NCBI GenBank assembly: GCA_040752415.1
Contig: JBFMGU010000300.1
Span: 1-12,409 of the forward strand
Source of the DNA: Myxococcota bacterium
GTDB lineage: Bacteria; Myxococcota; JACRCW01
Direction of reading: 5' to 3'
DNA length: 12,409 bases
Shown here: piece after piece, positions 1 to 7,309 of the stretch
How positions within the stretch are numbered: position 1 is the stretch's first letter
Layout of the letters: each line of letters starts with the position of its first letter
Made by a program: the position numbers and the translations under genes
The notes under the pieces: generated by a model
What the model was told of the DNA's origin: nothing
What the model saw: only the letters and a program-made list of their open reading frames with translations
The model's database searches: none

Positions 1-592
1 CCAGCCCGGCCCCCACCATCCCGCCGATCCACAGCCCCAGCAGCGCGCGCTCCGCGGTGTCCTGCGGCGCCTCGTTGGGCAGCGCGGGGAAGGAACCGGC
101 CAGCGCGCCAACCACCGCGCCCAGCGCGCCACCCAGCACCCCGCACACCAACGCCACCACCGCGGGCACCACCGCGCCGGCCACGCTGATGGCCAGCAGC
201 GCGGTGCGCATGCTCCCGCGGTAGAGCATGGCGGACAGGCCCTCGCGCACTTTCTCGTCGGGGGCCAGCGCCACCACTTCCTCGTCGGTGAGCTCGGTCC
301 CGTTGGCGCGCACCACCTTCCCGCGCGCGGCCAGCAACGTGGGCGCTCCCAACAGCTCAAAGGTCTCCGCCGACTCCAGGCGCAAAGCGCGCTCACGGAA
401 CGCCTCGCGCGGGGAGGTGGGCGTCGGGGCGGGCATGGCCTCCGTCGGCGCGGGCGCGGTCTCCGTGGTGGGCGAAGGCGTGGTCTCCGGCGCGGGTGTC
501 GGCGTGGTTTCCGTGGTCGGCGCCGGGGCGGGCGTCTCCGCTTGCTGCGCGGCCGTCAGGGTCAGCGCGGTGAGCAGCACCAGGGCGTTCAT
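1..592 (-). CDS. Secreted/membrane protein with Pro/Thr-rich linker and Gly-rich hydrophobic helices (partial, runs off the left edge)
   Basis: Not in the ORF track; translated by hand from ATG at 592, which overlaps the TGA of the upstream gene (ATGA). Reads MNALVLLTALTLTAAQQAETPAPAPTTETTPTPAPETTPSP...ALLAISVAGAVVPAVVALCAGVLGGALGAVVGALAG...LLGLWIGGMVGAGL. Open to position 1 with GC-rich third codon positions. Confidence 0.85.
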   Translation of the reverse strand, partial: MNALVLLTALTLTAAQQAETPAPAPTTETTPTPAPETTPSPTTETAPAPTEAMPAPTPTSPREAFRERALRLESAETFELLGAPTLLAARGKVVRANGTELTDEEVVALAPDEKVREGLSAMLYRGSMRTALLAISVAGAVVPAVVALVCGVLGGALGAVVGALAGSFPALPNEAPQDTAERALLGLWIGGMVGAGL

Positions 593-1011
593 GCGGCACC
601 TCCCGCGCGCGTCTTGCGCCACAAGAGCAGGGTCACCACCCCCAGGGGCAGGTCGGTGAGGCCAATGGAGAGGTAGGCCACGTAGCGCGCGTGCAGCACG
701 AAAAACACCAGGCCCAGGAGCGTGCTGGTGAACTTGCTGAAGAACACCGGGATGCAGAAGTCCACGTTGCGCACCGGGTCCCGACGGACCATCTCACAGC
801 ACACGCACAACATGACCATCATGGAGATGGAGAGCGTGAGCCAGAAGCGCTCCACCGGCGCCGGCGTGTCCGGCAGCCCCAGCATCCTGCCGGCAAGGTT
901 GAGCAGGTCGAACAGCCACGGGTGGCCGAACAGGAACAGCAGCCCGCCGACCACGTACAAGGCCAGCGAGAAGGTCATCCACGTCTGGAGCTGCCGGTGT
1001 GCTGGGCTCAT
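589..1011 (-). CDS. Hypothetical integral membrane protein (~4 TM helices, 140 aa)
   Basis: Four hydrophobic segments. AAGGAG RBS just upstream of ATG 1011 (tgaaggagcggacATG). Tightly packed between the DUF2330 gene and the downstream ORF. Confidence 0.85.
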   Translation of the reverse strand: MSPAHRQLQTWMTFSLALYVVGGLLFLFGHPWLFDLLNLAGRMLGLPDTPAPVERFWLTLSISMMVMLCVCCEMVRRDPVRNVDFCIPVFFSKFTSTLLGLVFFVLHARYVAYLSIGLTDLPLGVVTLLLWRKTRAGGAA

Positions 1012-1021
1012 GTCCGCTCCT

Positions 1022-2155
1022 TCACGTTGCGTGCGGCACGCGGATGCTCCGCCGCGCCGTGCTCCACAGGAGCAGCATGATCGTCGTCAGCAGCAACAGG
1101 CCCGGTCCGCCGCCGGGGTTTCCGTGGGGGCCACCCACCGTGCCGGTGCTGACATCCAGGGAGGCGGGCACGTCCTCGGGCGGGGGAGCGTTGAGGGTGA
1201 CGTCGGCGGTGAGGTCCGCGGGCTTCATGGTCGAGCTGAGGCGGGTGATCTTGTGGTTGGGCTCGGTCAACGCCTGCAGGCGTGAGCCGAGCGCCAGCGC
1301 GTTGCGGTCCCGGATGCCCTCGATGACGAACGCGCGACCCTCGTGCGCGGCCACCGCCTGACGCACCGCCGCGGCGTATCCGTCATGGCGCACGGTGGCC
1401 TTGTCCAGGTCATGGAGCGTCAGCGCGGCGTAGGGGAAGGAGGGCGCCACGCCCGCGGTGTGCGAGACGAAGATCACGAAGCTCATCTCCTCACCCGCGC
1501 CAATGCGCGCCATCTTGAGCGCGTAGCCGCGCTGGTCTCCCGGGAGCGTGAGCTGCACGCCCACCGCGCTGATGCTGCCGCTGGTCTGCGCGCGCTTGAA
1601 CGCCACGAACCAGTGTCCCGCGCCGGCGTAGCTGTCGACGGTGGACTGCTGCGCGGCGGGGATGGTGAACCCGTGCTCATTGAGCCAGGCGGTGATGGCG
1701 CTGCCGTCCTCACCGGTGAGGGTCACCACCTCCACGGGGCCCACCACCAGCTGCTGGCCCACGTCCACGCCGTTGCGCGCGTCGCCCGCCAGGGCGCCAC
1801 CGCAGCCGCAGCTGGGGCCGGTGTCCCCGGTGTCCTCGAGGATGACCGGCCGGGTGGCCTCATCCAGCGCGTCCAGCTCGGAGACGTCCACCGGGTCCGC
1901 GCTCACGGTGGGCTGCGCCGGCATGGGCACCAGCACGCCAAAGTCCTGCGTGGTCTGCGGCACCATGACCTGCAGCACCACCTCCGTGCGATCCCCGCGC
2001 ACCGAGAAGAATGCGCGCTGGGCATCCGCCCCCAGGCTTCCGGTCTGTGGCTGCACCAGGGCGCCACAGGCGCGGGCTTCCGGGGCGGGGAGGAGCAGCG
2101 CGCACGCCGTCGCCATCACGCAGACCGCCCTTGCTTTTGCGCCACCCAGATCCAT
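1022..2155 (-). CDS. DUF2330 domain-containing protein with signal peptide and C-terminal TM anchor
   Basis: Signal peptide ending ARA-CG. Family-typical motifs DFGVLVPMPAQP, ELDALDEATRP, VGPVEVVTL, AITAWLNEHGFTIP, WFVAFK. C-terminal LLLLTTIMLLLW followed by RR. The true start may be ATG 2116. Confidence 0.8.
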   Translation of the reverse strand: MDLGGAKARAVCVMATACALLLPAPEARACGALVQPQTGSLGADAQRAFFSVRGDRTEVVLQVMVPQTTQDFGVLVPMPAQPTVSADPVDVSELDALDEATRPVILEDTGDTGPSCGCGGALAGDARNGVDVGQQLVVGPVEVVTLTGEDGSAITAWLNEHGFTIPAAQQSTVDSYAGAGHWFVAFKRAQTSGSISAVGVQLTLPGDQRGYALKMARIGAGEEMSFVIFVSHTAGVAPSFPYAALTLHDLDKATVRHDGYAAAVRQAVAAHEGRAFVIEGIRDRNALALGSRLQALTEPNHKITRLSSTMKPADLTADVTLNAPPPEDVPASLDVSTGTVGGPHGNPGGGPGLLLLTTIMLLLWSTARRSIRVPHAT

Positions 2156-2292
2156 CTTGTGTCTCCGACTACAATGCGTGGAAGGAGCGCGGAGACTACT
2201 GCCATCCGGGTGGGGCGCAAGTCAGGGCCCGGGATGCCGGGAAGGCGTGGCGCCCCGGCATGGACGCCTCGTCCACGCGACGGTGCAGCGCC

Positions 2293-3483
2293 ATGTTCGT
2301 TCCCATTGGTGATGAGCCCAATCCGCGTGGCGTGCCGTGGGTGAACTACCTGCTGATCGCCATCAACGTGGCGGTCTATGCGCTCATCACGCTCCCGCTC
2401 TCCATGCAGGCGCCCGACACCAGCAGTCCGCTGTACGCGGAATACGTGCGCATCCTCCTGCAGGCGGGCGAGGGCCGCGCGCTGCCGGAGCTGCTCTCCA
2501 GCATCACCGCGTATGACCTGTTCGTGCTGGAGCACGGGTACCGCCCGGCGCAGCGCCAGTGGATGGACATCCTGACCGCCATGTTCCTGCACGCCAACTT
2601 CTTCCACCTGGCGGGGAACATGCTGTTCTTGTGGATCTACGGCGACAACGTGGAGGCGCGCCTGGGCAAGCTGGGCTACCTGGCCAGCTACCTGCTGACC
2701 GGCGTGCTGGGGACGTGGACGCACGACCTCGTGGCGGGGCCCTCGCCGGTGCCCTCCCTGGGAGCCAGCGGCGCCATCAGCGGCGTGCTGGGCTTCTATT
2801 TCGTGTTCTTCCCGCACAACACGGTGCGCATGCTGGTGGCGCTCTTCCCGTTCTTCATGGACGTCATCCGCATCCGCGCGCGGGTGGTGTTGGCGTTCTA
2901 CCTGGTGCTGGACAACGTCATCCCCTTTGTCCTGACCAGCAGCGCCACCGGCGTGGCGTACGGCGCGCACATTGGCGGGTTCGTGGGGGGGCTGGTGGTG
3001 GGGTGGATGCTGGGGAGTCGTGAGCCGGGTGGGGCGCTGGCGGCGCGTCCGCGTCTGGTGGAAGGGCCGGTGCGTGAGGTGGGGCCGGAGCATCCCGCGC
3101 AGCTCATCCGCGACATGGTGGACCACGGGGAGGTGGCGCGCGCGGTGGGGTTGTACTCGCGCATCTGGGACACGCCGGCGCAGCAGGAGGTGGATCCCGC
3201 CGACGCGCTGGACATCGCCGACTGGCTCGCCGGGCAGGGCAACGTCGACGCGGCGCTGGCGGTGTATCGACGTCTGCTCTCGCAGGGGCTGACCGGCTCA
3301 TTGGCGGCGCGGGCGCACCTGGGAGCGGGATTGGCGCTGCTCAAGGAGGGACGGGCCACCGCGGCCTACCAGCACCTCGTCACCGCGCAGGAGCACGGGC
3401 CGGACCATGAGACGCGCCGTGGCATCGAGGAGGCGCTGCAGGTGATCCGCGAGATGCAGAAGTTCCGTTTCCGCGGGCGCTGA
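2293..3483 (+). CDS. Rhomboid family intramembrane serine protease with C-terminal TPR-like helical domain (396 aa)
   Basis: Start trimmed to ATG 2293 (MFVPIGDEPN, typical N-terminus). Motifs MFLHANFFHLAGNMLFLWIYGDNVE, catalytic Ser in GASGAISG and catalytic His in AYGAHIGGF. Ala/Leu-rich helical hairpins at the C-terminus. Confidence 0.95.
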   Translation: MFVPIGDEPNPRGVPWVNYLLIAINVAVYALITLPLSMQAPDTSSPLYAEYVRILLQAGEGRALPELLSSITAYDLFVLEHGYRPAQRQWMDILTAMFLHANFFHLAGNMLFLWIYGDNVEARLGKLGYLASYLLTGVLGTWTHDLVAGPSPVPSLGASGAISGVLGFYFVFFPHNTVRMLVALFPFFMDVIRIRARVVLAFYLVLDNVIPFVLTSSATGVAYGAHIGGFVGGLVVGWMLGSREPGGALAARPRLVEGPVREVGPEHPAQLIRDMVDHGEVARAVGLYSRIWDTPAQQEVDPADALDIADWLAGQGNVDAALAVYRRLLSQGLTGSLAARAHLGAGLALLKEGRATAAYQHLVTAQEHGPDHETRRGIEEALQVIREMQKFRFRGR

Positions 3484-3600
3484 GGTCAACGCGCTGGTTC
3501 CGGTTTGGCCCCAAAGGCGTTGGGAGGGTGGTGACGGTGGGGGCCGCTGTTGACCTGTGTCGTCGGGGAGGTGCGCCGGGCAGGGGGCCTTCCGTCCGCG

Positions 3601-3640
3601 TGTCACGATTATCATGACAAATGTCACGATAATCATGACG
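3601..3640. repeat. Two 21-bp-period palindromic boxes (TGTCA-N9-TGAC[A/G])
   Basis: TGTCACGATTATCATGACA (3601-3619) and TGTCACGATAATCATGACG (3622-3640). The first is a 19-bp palindrome with one mismatched pair. Confidence 0.9.
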
Positions 3641-3815
3641 CTTCCCCGCGAGGGGGGCCGTGGGGCCCGCCGTCAAGGCTCCCATCACGCCCGCCAACGA
3701 CGCGTTGGGATTCGGGCCAAGGCCGAAAGGACTCATGGCGTGGGAAGGAGTGATGTTCGTGGGGGCCGCGGATGAGAGGTGTCATCAGGACGCAGGGGGC
3801 GGGGCCTCAGGCCGC

Positions 3816-3878
3816 ATGTTGCGAATAACTTAACATATGTTAGGAGAAACATGACATATGTTAAGAATAACCTGACAT
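3816..3878. repeat. Three 21-bp-period palindromic boxes (TGTT[A/G]-N9-T[A/G]ACA)
   Basis: TGTTGCGAATAACTTAACA (3817-3835), TGTTAGGAGAAACATGACA (3838-3856) and TGTTAAGAATAACCTGACA (3859-3877), each separated by TA. Hand count gives 19/63 G+C (~30%). Confidence 0.9.
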
Positions 3879-4172
3879 GGCCGCGCGAGGGGACCACCCG
3901 CCGGCGCCTCCGTCACGCCCTCCCCACGCCTTGGAGCCCGAGTGGGGAGCGGCCATCAGCACGTGCGTTGGCAGATGCGTGGCGTCGCAGACGCGTCATG
4001 CCGCGAGAAGGCCCGAGACCCATCGCAACACGCTCCGCGCGCAGGGCCCTTCCGCGGCACACCCGTCACGCCCTCCCCACGCCTTTTGGGACCGACGGAC
4101 GAGGCGGTCATGGACGCGGCGTCGCAAAACCGGCCAGGAATGCGGCGGGGGTCGCGTGACGTCGAGGGAATG

Positions 4173-4721
4173 TCACTGCTCCGGCTCGGTGGCCACCACC
4201 ACGCGCGCGGGCCGCAGCAACCGACTGCCCTGCTTGTACCCCGCCGAGACCTGCTGCAGCACGGTGTTGGGCTGCGCGCCCGGTGTGGGCACCATCTGGA
4301 TGGCCTCGTGGAGCGAGGGGTCGAAGGGCTGGCCCACGGAGTCAAACGGCGTCACGTCATAACGGGAGAGCACGCCCAGGAACTGCTTCTCCACCATGCG
4401 CACGCCCTGGGCCAGCACGTCGTCGGCGGGCGCATGGGACAGCGCGCGCTGCAGGTTGTCCACCACCTCCAGCATGTCCGCCAGCAGCCTGTCCCGGCCG
4501 CGCGCCTCCGCCTCGTCGAGCTCCTTGCGCACGCGCTTGCGGTAGTTCTCCGTCTCCGCGGCCTGCCGCAGCAGGCGGTCCTTGAGCTCGGCGGCCTGGC
4601 GCTCCGCCTCCGCCACCCGCGCCTGGAGCGCAACCACGTCGTCCTGCTCCGCCCGCTCCCGACCCTCCTGCACCGCTTCCCGCTGCTCCTCGGGCAGGGT
4701 GTTGTCCGACACCTGGCTCAT
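4173..4721 (-). CDS. grpE: Nucleotide exchange factor GrpE (182 aa)
   Basis: Coiled coil with LLRQAAETENYRKR, LLADMLEVVDNLQRAL, GQPFDPSLHEAI and GYKQGSRLLRPARVVVA. AAGGAG RBS upstream of ATG 4721 favours this start over 4778. Confidence 0.96.
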   Translation of the reverse strand: MSQVSDNTLPEEQREAVQEGRERAEQDDVVALQARVAEAERQAAELKDRLLRQAAETENYRKRVRKELDEAEARGRDRLLADMLEVVDNLQRALSHAPADDVLAQGVRMVEKQFLGVLSRYDVTPFDSVGQPFDPSLHEAIQMVPTPGAQPNTVLQQVSAGYKQGSRLLRPARVVVATEPEQ

Positions 4722-4823
4722 GTTCAACTCCTTCTGATTCCACGCAACGGAGCCCCCGCGTCCGTCACAACGTGACACGCATAAGCATCCCCGTGGGAAC
4801 CGGCAACCCCGGTCTTGACGCCG

Positions 4824-6353
4824 TCACCGCCCGGCCGCGGCCAGGGCCTTGAGCGCACCGGCGCGGGCCTGCGCCAGGCTGGCGTACGTGCGCAGCGGCG
4901 TCCCGGTCAGCGCGCGCACCCCGCTGGCCACCGCGCTGGCCAACGCACCTTCCATCCCGCGCCGCGTGACCAGGGCAATCTCCGCCGGGGGCCGCACGCT
5001 GGGGCGCTTGTAGAACTCGCGCAGCTCGCGGTCGTAGCTGCTGGCCTTCTGCGTCAGGAAGATCACCGCGTAGCGCTGCGACCACTCCGGGTCATTCCAC
5101 ACCGCCTCCAGGCACACCTGCAGCAGGTTGCAGTCCACGCGCCCGGAAAGCTCGACGAGATACAGCGCCTGGCCTTCACCCCAGCGGAACACCGGGCAGC
5201 CGGTGGGGGAGCCCAGGAGCAGCAGTTTCTCGTCGGGGGAGAGGCTGTGCGCGGCGGCCAGCGCGGTGGCCAGCTCCTGCGCGTCCACCCGCGTGACGTC
5301 GGAGGGCTCGCCCGCGGTCTGCAGCGCCAGCTCCTCGGCGGCGGCGGACAGCCGGGTCTGCGCACCCGGGATGGGACCACCCACGCGCGTGGCGCTGGTG
5401 CGCGCCCCGGTGGTGTCCTCGCCCCCCGCCGGACGACCCGCGAGCTGACACGCCACCCAGTCGGCCAGGAGGTGACGCGGGTCGTCGCGGACGCGGGCCA
5501 GGTACCAGCGCTGCAGCGCCACCGCCATCTCCCGCGCGTGCGCATAGCGACGCTCCCGCTCCCTCTCCAGCGCACGCAGCACAATGGCGTCCAGCTCGGC
5601 GTCGATCTCGGGGTTGTCCTCCGAGGGCGGCGGTACCGGGTCCATGATGATGCGCTTCATGGTCTGCGCGTCGGAGTCCTCCTTGTACAGCCGCTTCCGC
5701 GTCAGCAGCTCATGCAGCACGATCCCCAGCGCGAAGATGTCCGTGCGCCGGTCCACGCCCTCCGCCAGGATCTGCTCCGGCGCCATGTACGCCAGCTTGC
5801 CCTTGATGACGCCGGTGCCGGTGCGCGCCAGCTGCTCCGCGTTCTTGGCCACGCCAAAGTCCGCCAGCTTCACCTCGCCGTAACGGGAGACCAGGATGTT
5901 CTGCGGGCTGACGTCGCGGTGGACCACGTTGAGCGGCTTGCGCGTGAGCGGCTCCACGTAGTCATGCGCAAAGGCCAGCCCCTCCAGCGTGCGCGCGGCA
6001 AGGTAGGCGCACAGGACCGGGGGTGGCGGGTCCCCCACCAGGCACGCCTCCGTGAGCAGGTGGCCCACGTTGCCCCCGTCCACGAACTCCATGGCCATGA
6101 AGTGCGCGCCCTCCACGTCACCAAAGTCCAGCACCTGCACGATGCTGCTGTGGGTGAGCCGCGCGCCCAGCCGGGCCTCATCCAGGAACATCTGCACCAC
6201 GTCGGGGCGCGACATCAGCTCCGGGCGGATGCGCTTGATCACCACCGGCCGACTGAAGCCCTCCACGCCGGTGAGGCGCGCCAGGAACACCTCCGCCATG
6301 CCGCCGCGACCAAGGGGACGGAGGATTTCATAGCGTCCAAGACGTTGCGCCAT
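4824..6353 (-). CDS. Hanks-type serine/threonine protein kinase with C-terminal STAS/SpoIIAA-like domain (509 aa)
   Basis: All catalytic motifs present: LGRGGMAEV, VVIKRI, HRDVSPQN, DFG, GKLAYMAPE, DRRTDIFALG. No TM segment seen. Start placed at ATG 6353 (MAQRLGRYEI). Confidence 0.95.
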   Translation of the reverse strand: MAQRLGRYEILRPLGRGGMAEVFLARLTGVEGFSRPVVIKRIRPELMSRPDVVQMFLDEARLGARLTHSSIVQVLDFGDVEGAHFMAMEFVDGGNVGHLLTEACLVGDPPPPVLCAYLAARTLEGLAFAHDYVEPLTRKPLNVVHRDVSPQNILVSRYGEVKLADFGVAKNAEQLARTGTGVIKGKLAYMAPEQILAEGVDRRTDIFALGIVLHELLTRKRLYKEDSDAQTMKRIIMDPVPPPSEDNPEIDAELDAIVLRALERERERRYAHAREMAVALQRWYLARVRDDPRHLLADWVACQLAGRPAGGEDTTGARTSATRVGGPIPGAQTRLSAAAEELALQTAGEPSDVTRVDAQELATALAAAHSLSPDEKLLLLGSPTGCPVFRWGEGQALYLVELSGRVDCNLLQVCLEAVWNDPEWSQRYAVIFLTQKASSYDRELREFYKRPSVRPPAEIALVTRRGMEGALASAVASGVRALTGTPLRTYASLAQARAGALKALAAAGR

Positions 6354-6481
6354 GCCGCGACCCTGCAACGCGCCACGCTAGTACAGCCCCCGCGCGTGGG
6401 GCGAAGGGAAATGCGGGCCCGCGGCGGATTTGCGAGCGCGCGGTGCGGGATGCCACCGTCCACGGCGTCACGGAGGCAACC

Positions 6482-7294
6482 ATGGGCAAGAAGAAGGGCC
6501 GGGCCAAGGGACGGCTGGGCAGGCTGGACATGGACGTGGAGGTTGCGTCCAAGGACGAATACGAGGAGCAGCTCAAGAAGCTCCAGCTCAAGATGCTGCG
6601 GATCCAGCAGGCGTACTTCCACCAGAAGCGCCGCGCGGTGATCGTGTTCGAGGGGTGGGACGCGGCGGGGAAGGGCGGGGCCATCCGGCGGCTCACCGAG
6701 ACGCTGGACCCGCGCGGCTTCCACGTCTGGCCGGTGGGCAAGCCCGCGCCCGAGGAGCAGGGACGACACTACCTGTGGCGGTTCTGGCAGCGCCTGCCGG
6801 TGCCGGGGGGCCTCGCCGTGTTCGACCGCTCCTGGTACGGCCGGGTGCTGGTGGAGCGCGTGGAGAAGTTCTGCGGCAAGGAGGCCTGGAAGCGCGCCTA
6901 CGAGGAGATCAACGAGTTCGAGCGCATGCTGGTGGACGACGGCGCGCGCGTGGTGAAGATCTTCATGCACATCACGCCGGAGGAGCAGTTGAGGCGCTTC
7001 CAGGAGCGGCTGCAGAATCCCTACAAGCAGTGGAAGATCACCGAGGAGGACCTGCGCAACCGCGCGCGCTGGCAGGACTACGTGGCGGCCACCGAGGACA
7101 TGTTCGCGCGCACCGACACCAAGGCCGCGCCGTGGTTCGTGGTCCCCGGCAACCGCAAGTGGTACGCGCGCCTGCGCAGCCTGGAGATTGTCACCAAGGA
7201 GCTGTCCCGCGGCGTGGACATTGCGCTGCCGCCGTTGGATCCCAGGGTGCAGGCCGCGGCGGCGGCGGCGCTGGGCCTGGCCGGGAAGGATTGA
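6482..7294 (+). CDS. ppk2: Polyphosphate kinase 2 family protein, single domain (270 aa), class II / polyP:AMP phosphotransferase-like
   Basis: Walker A FEGWDAAGKGG, HYLWRFW, FDRSWYGRVLVERVE, EINEFERML, WKITEED. GGAGG RBS at 6472-6476 before ATG 6482. Confidence 0.95.
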   Translation: MGKKKGRAKGRLGRLDMDVEVASKDEYEEQLKKLQLKMLRIQQAYFHQKRRAVIVFEGWDAAGKGGAIRRLTETLDPRGFHVWPVGKPAPEEQGRHYLWRFWQRLPVPGGLAVFDRSWYGRVLVERVEKFCGKEAWKRAYEEINEFERMLVDDGARVVKIFMHITPEEQLRRFQERLQNPYKQWKITEEDLRNRARWQDYVAATEDMFARTDTKAAPWFVVPGNRKWYARLRSLEIVTKELSRGVDIALPPLDPRVQAAAAAALGLAGKD

Positions 7295-7309
7295 ACCACG
7301 TCGTCGGGG

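Larger units (their letters stand above)
3509..4090. repeat. Tandem array of diverged ~200 bp inverted-repeat-bounded elements (2 full units plus a partial third)
   Basis: Exact 23-bp direct repeat CCGTCACGCCCTCCCCACGCCTT at 3910-3932 and 4063-4085, with a degenerate copy at 3682-3709. Inverted copies at 3509-3537 and 3729-3755. Units 3509-3710 and 3729-3938 align along their length (GTGGGGGCCGC, GTGTCRTC, GCAGGGGGC, CGCGAGGGG, CCCGCCG). Confidence 0.8.

Noticed and set aside
2170..2175. TACAAT as a -10 box for the rhomboid gene
   Set aside because: No matching -35 at 16-18 bp spacing, so it is plausible but unsupported.
2011..2292. N-terminal extension of the rhomboid ORF
   Set aside because: Overlaps the divergent DUF2330 gene start and looks low-complexity. 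MFVPIGD at 2293 is the family-typical start.
3601..3878. CRISPR array
   Set aside because: The repeats are directly adjacent 21-mers with no unique 30-40 bp spacers, and no cas genes are present.
3601..3878. DGR template/variable repeat pair (AAC/AAT-rich codons)
   Set aside because: Differences between units are not confined to adenines, and no reverse transcriptase or target gene is in the window.
4722..4823. CIRCE or sigma-32 heat-shock promoter upstream of grpE
   Set aside because: Neither TTAGCACTC-N9-GAGTGCTAA nor a convincing CTTGAA/CCCCAT pair is present.
4815..6641. 608-aa + strand ORF and other long alternative-frame ORFs (1343-2344, 2116-3126, 9881-11155, 6430-7452)
   Set aside because: Antisense or frameshifted shadows of real genes, expected in high-GC DNA, with no recognisable motifs.
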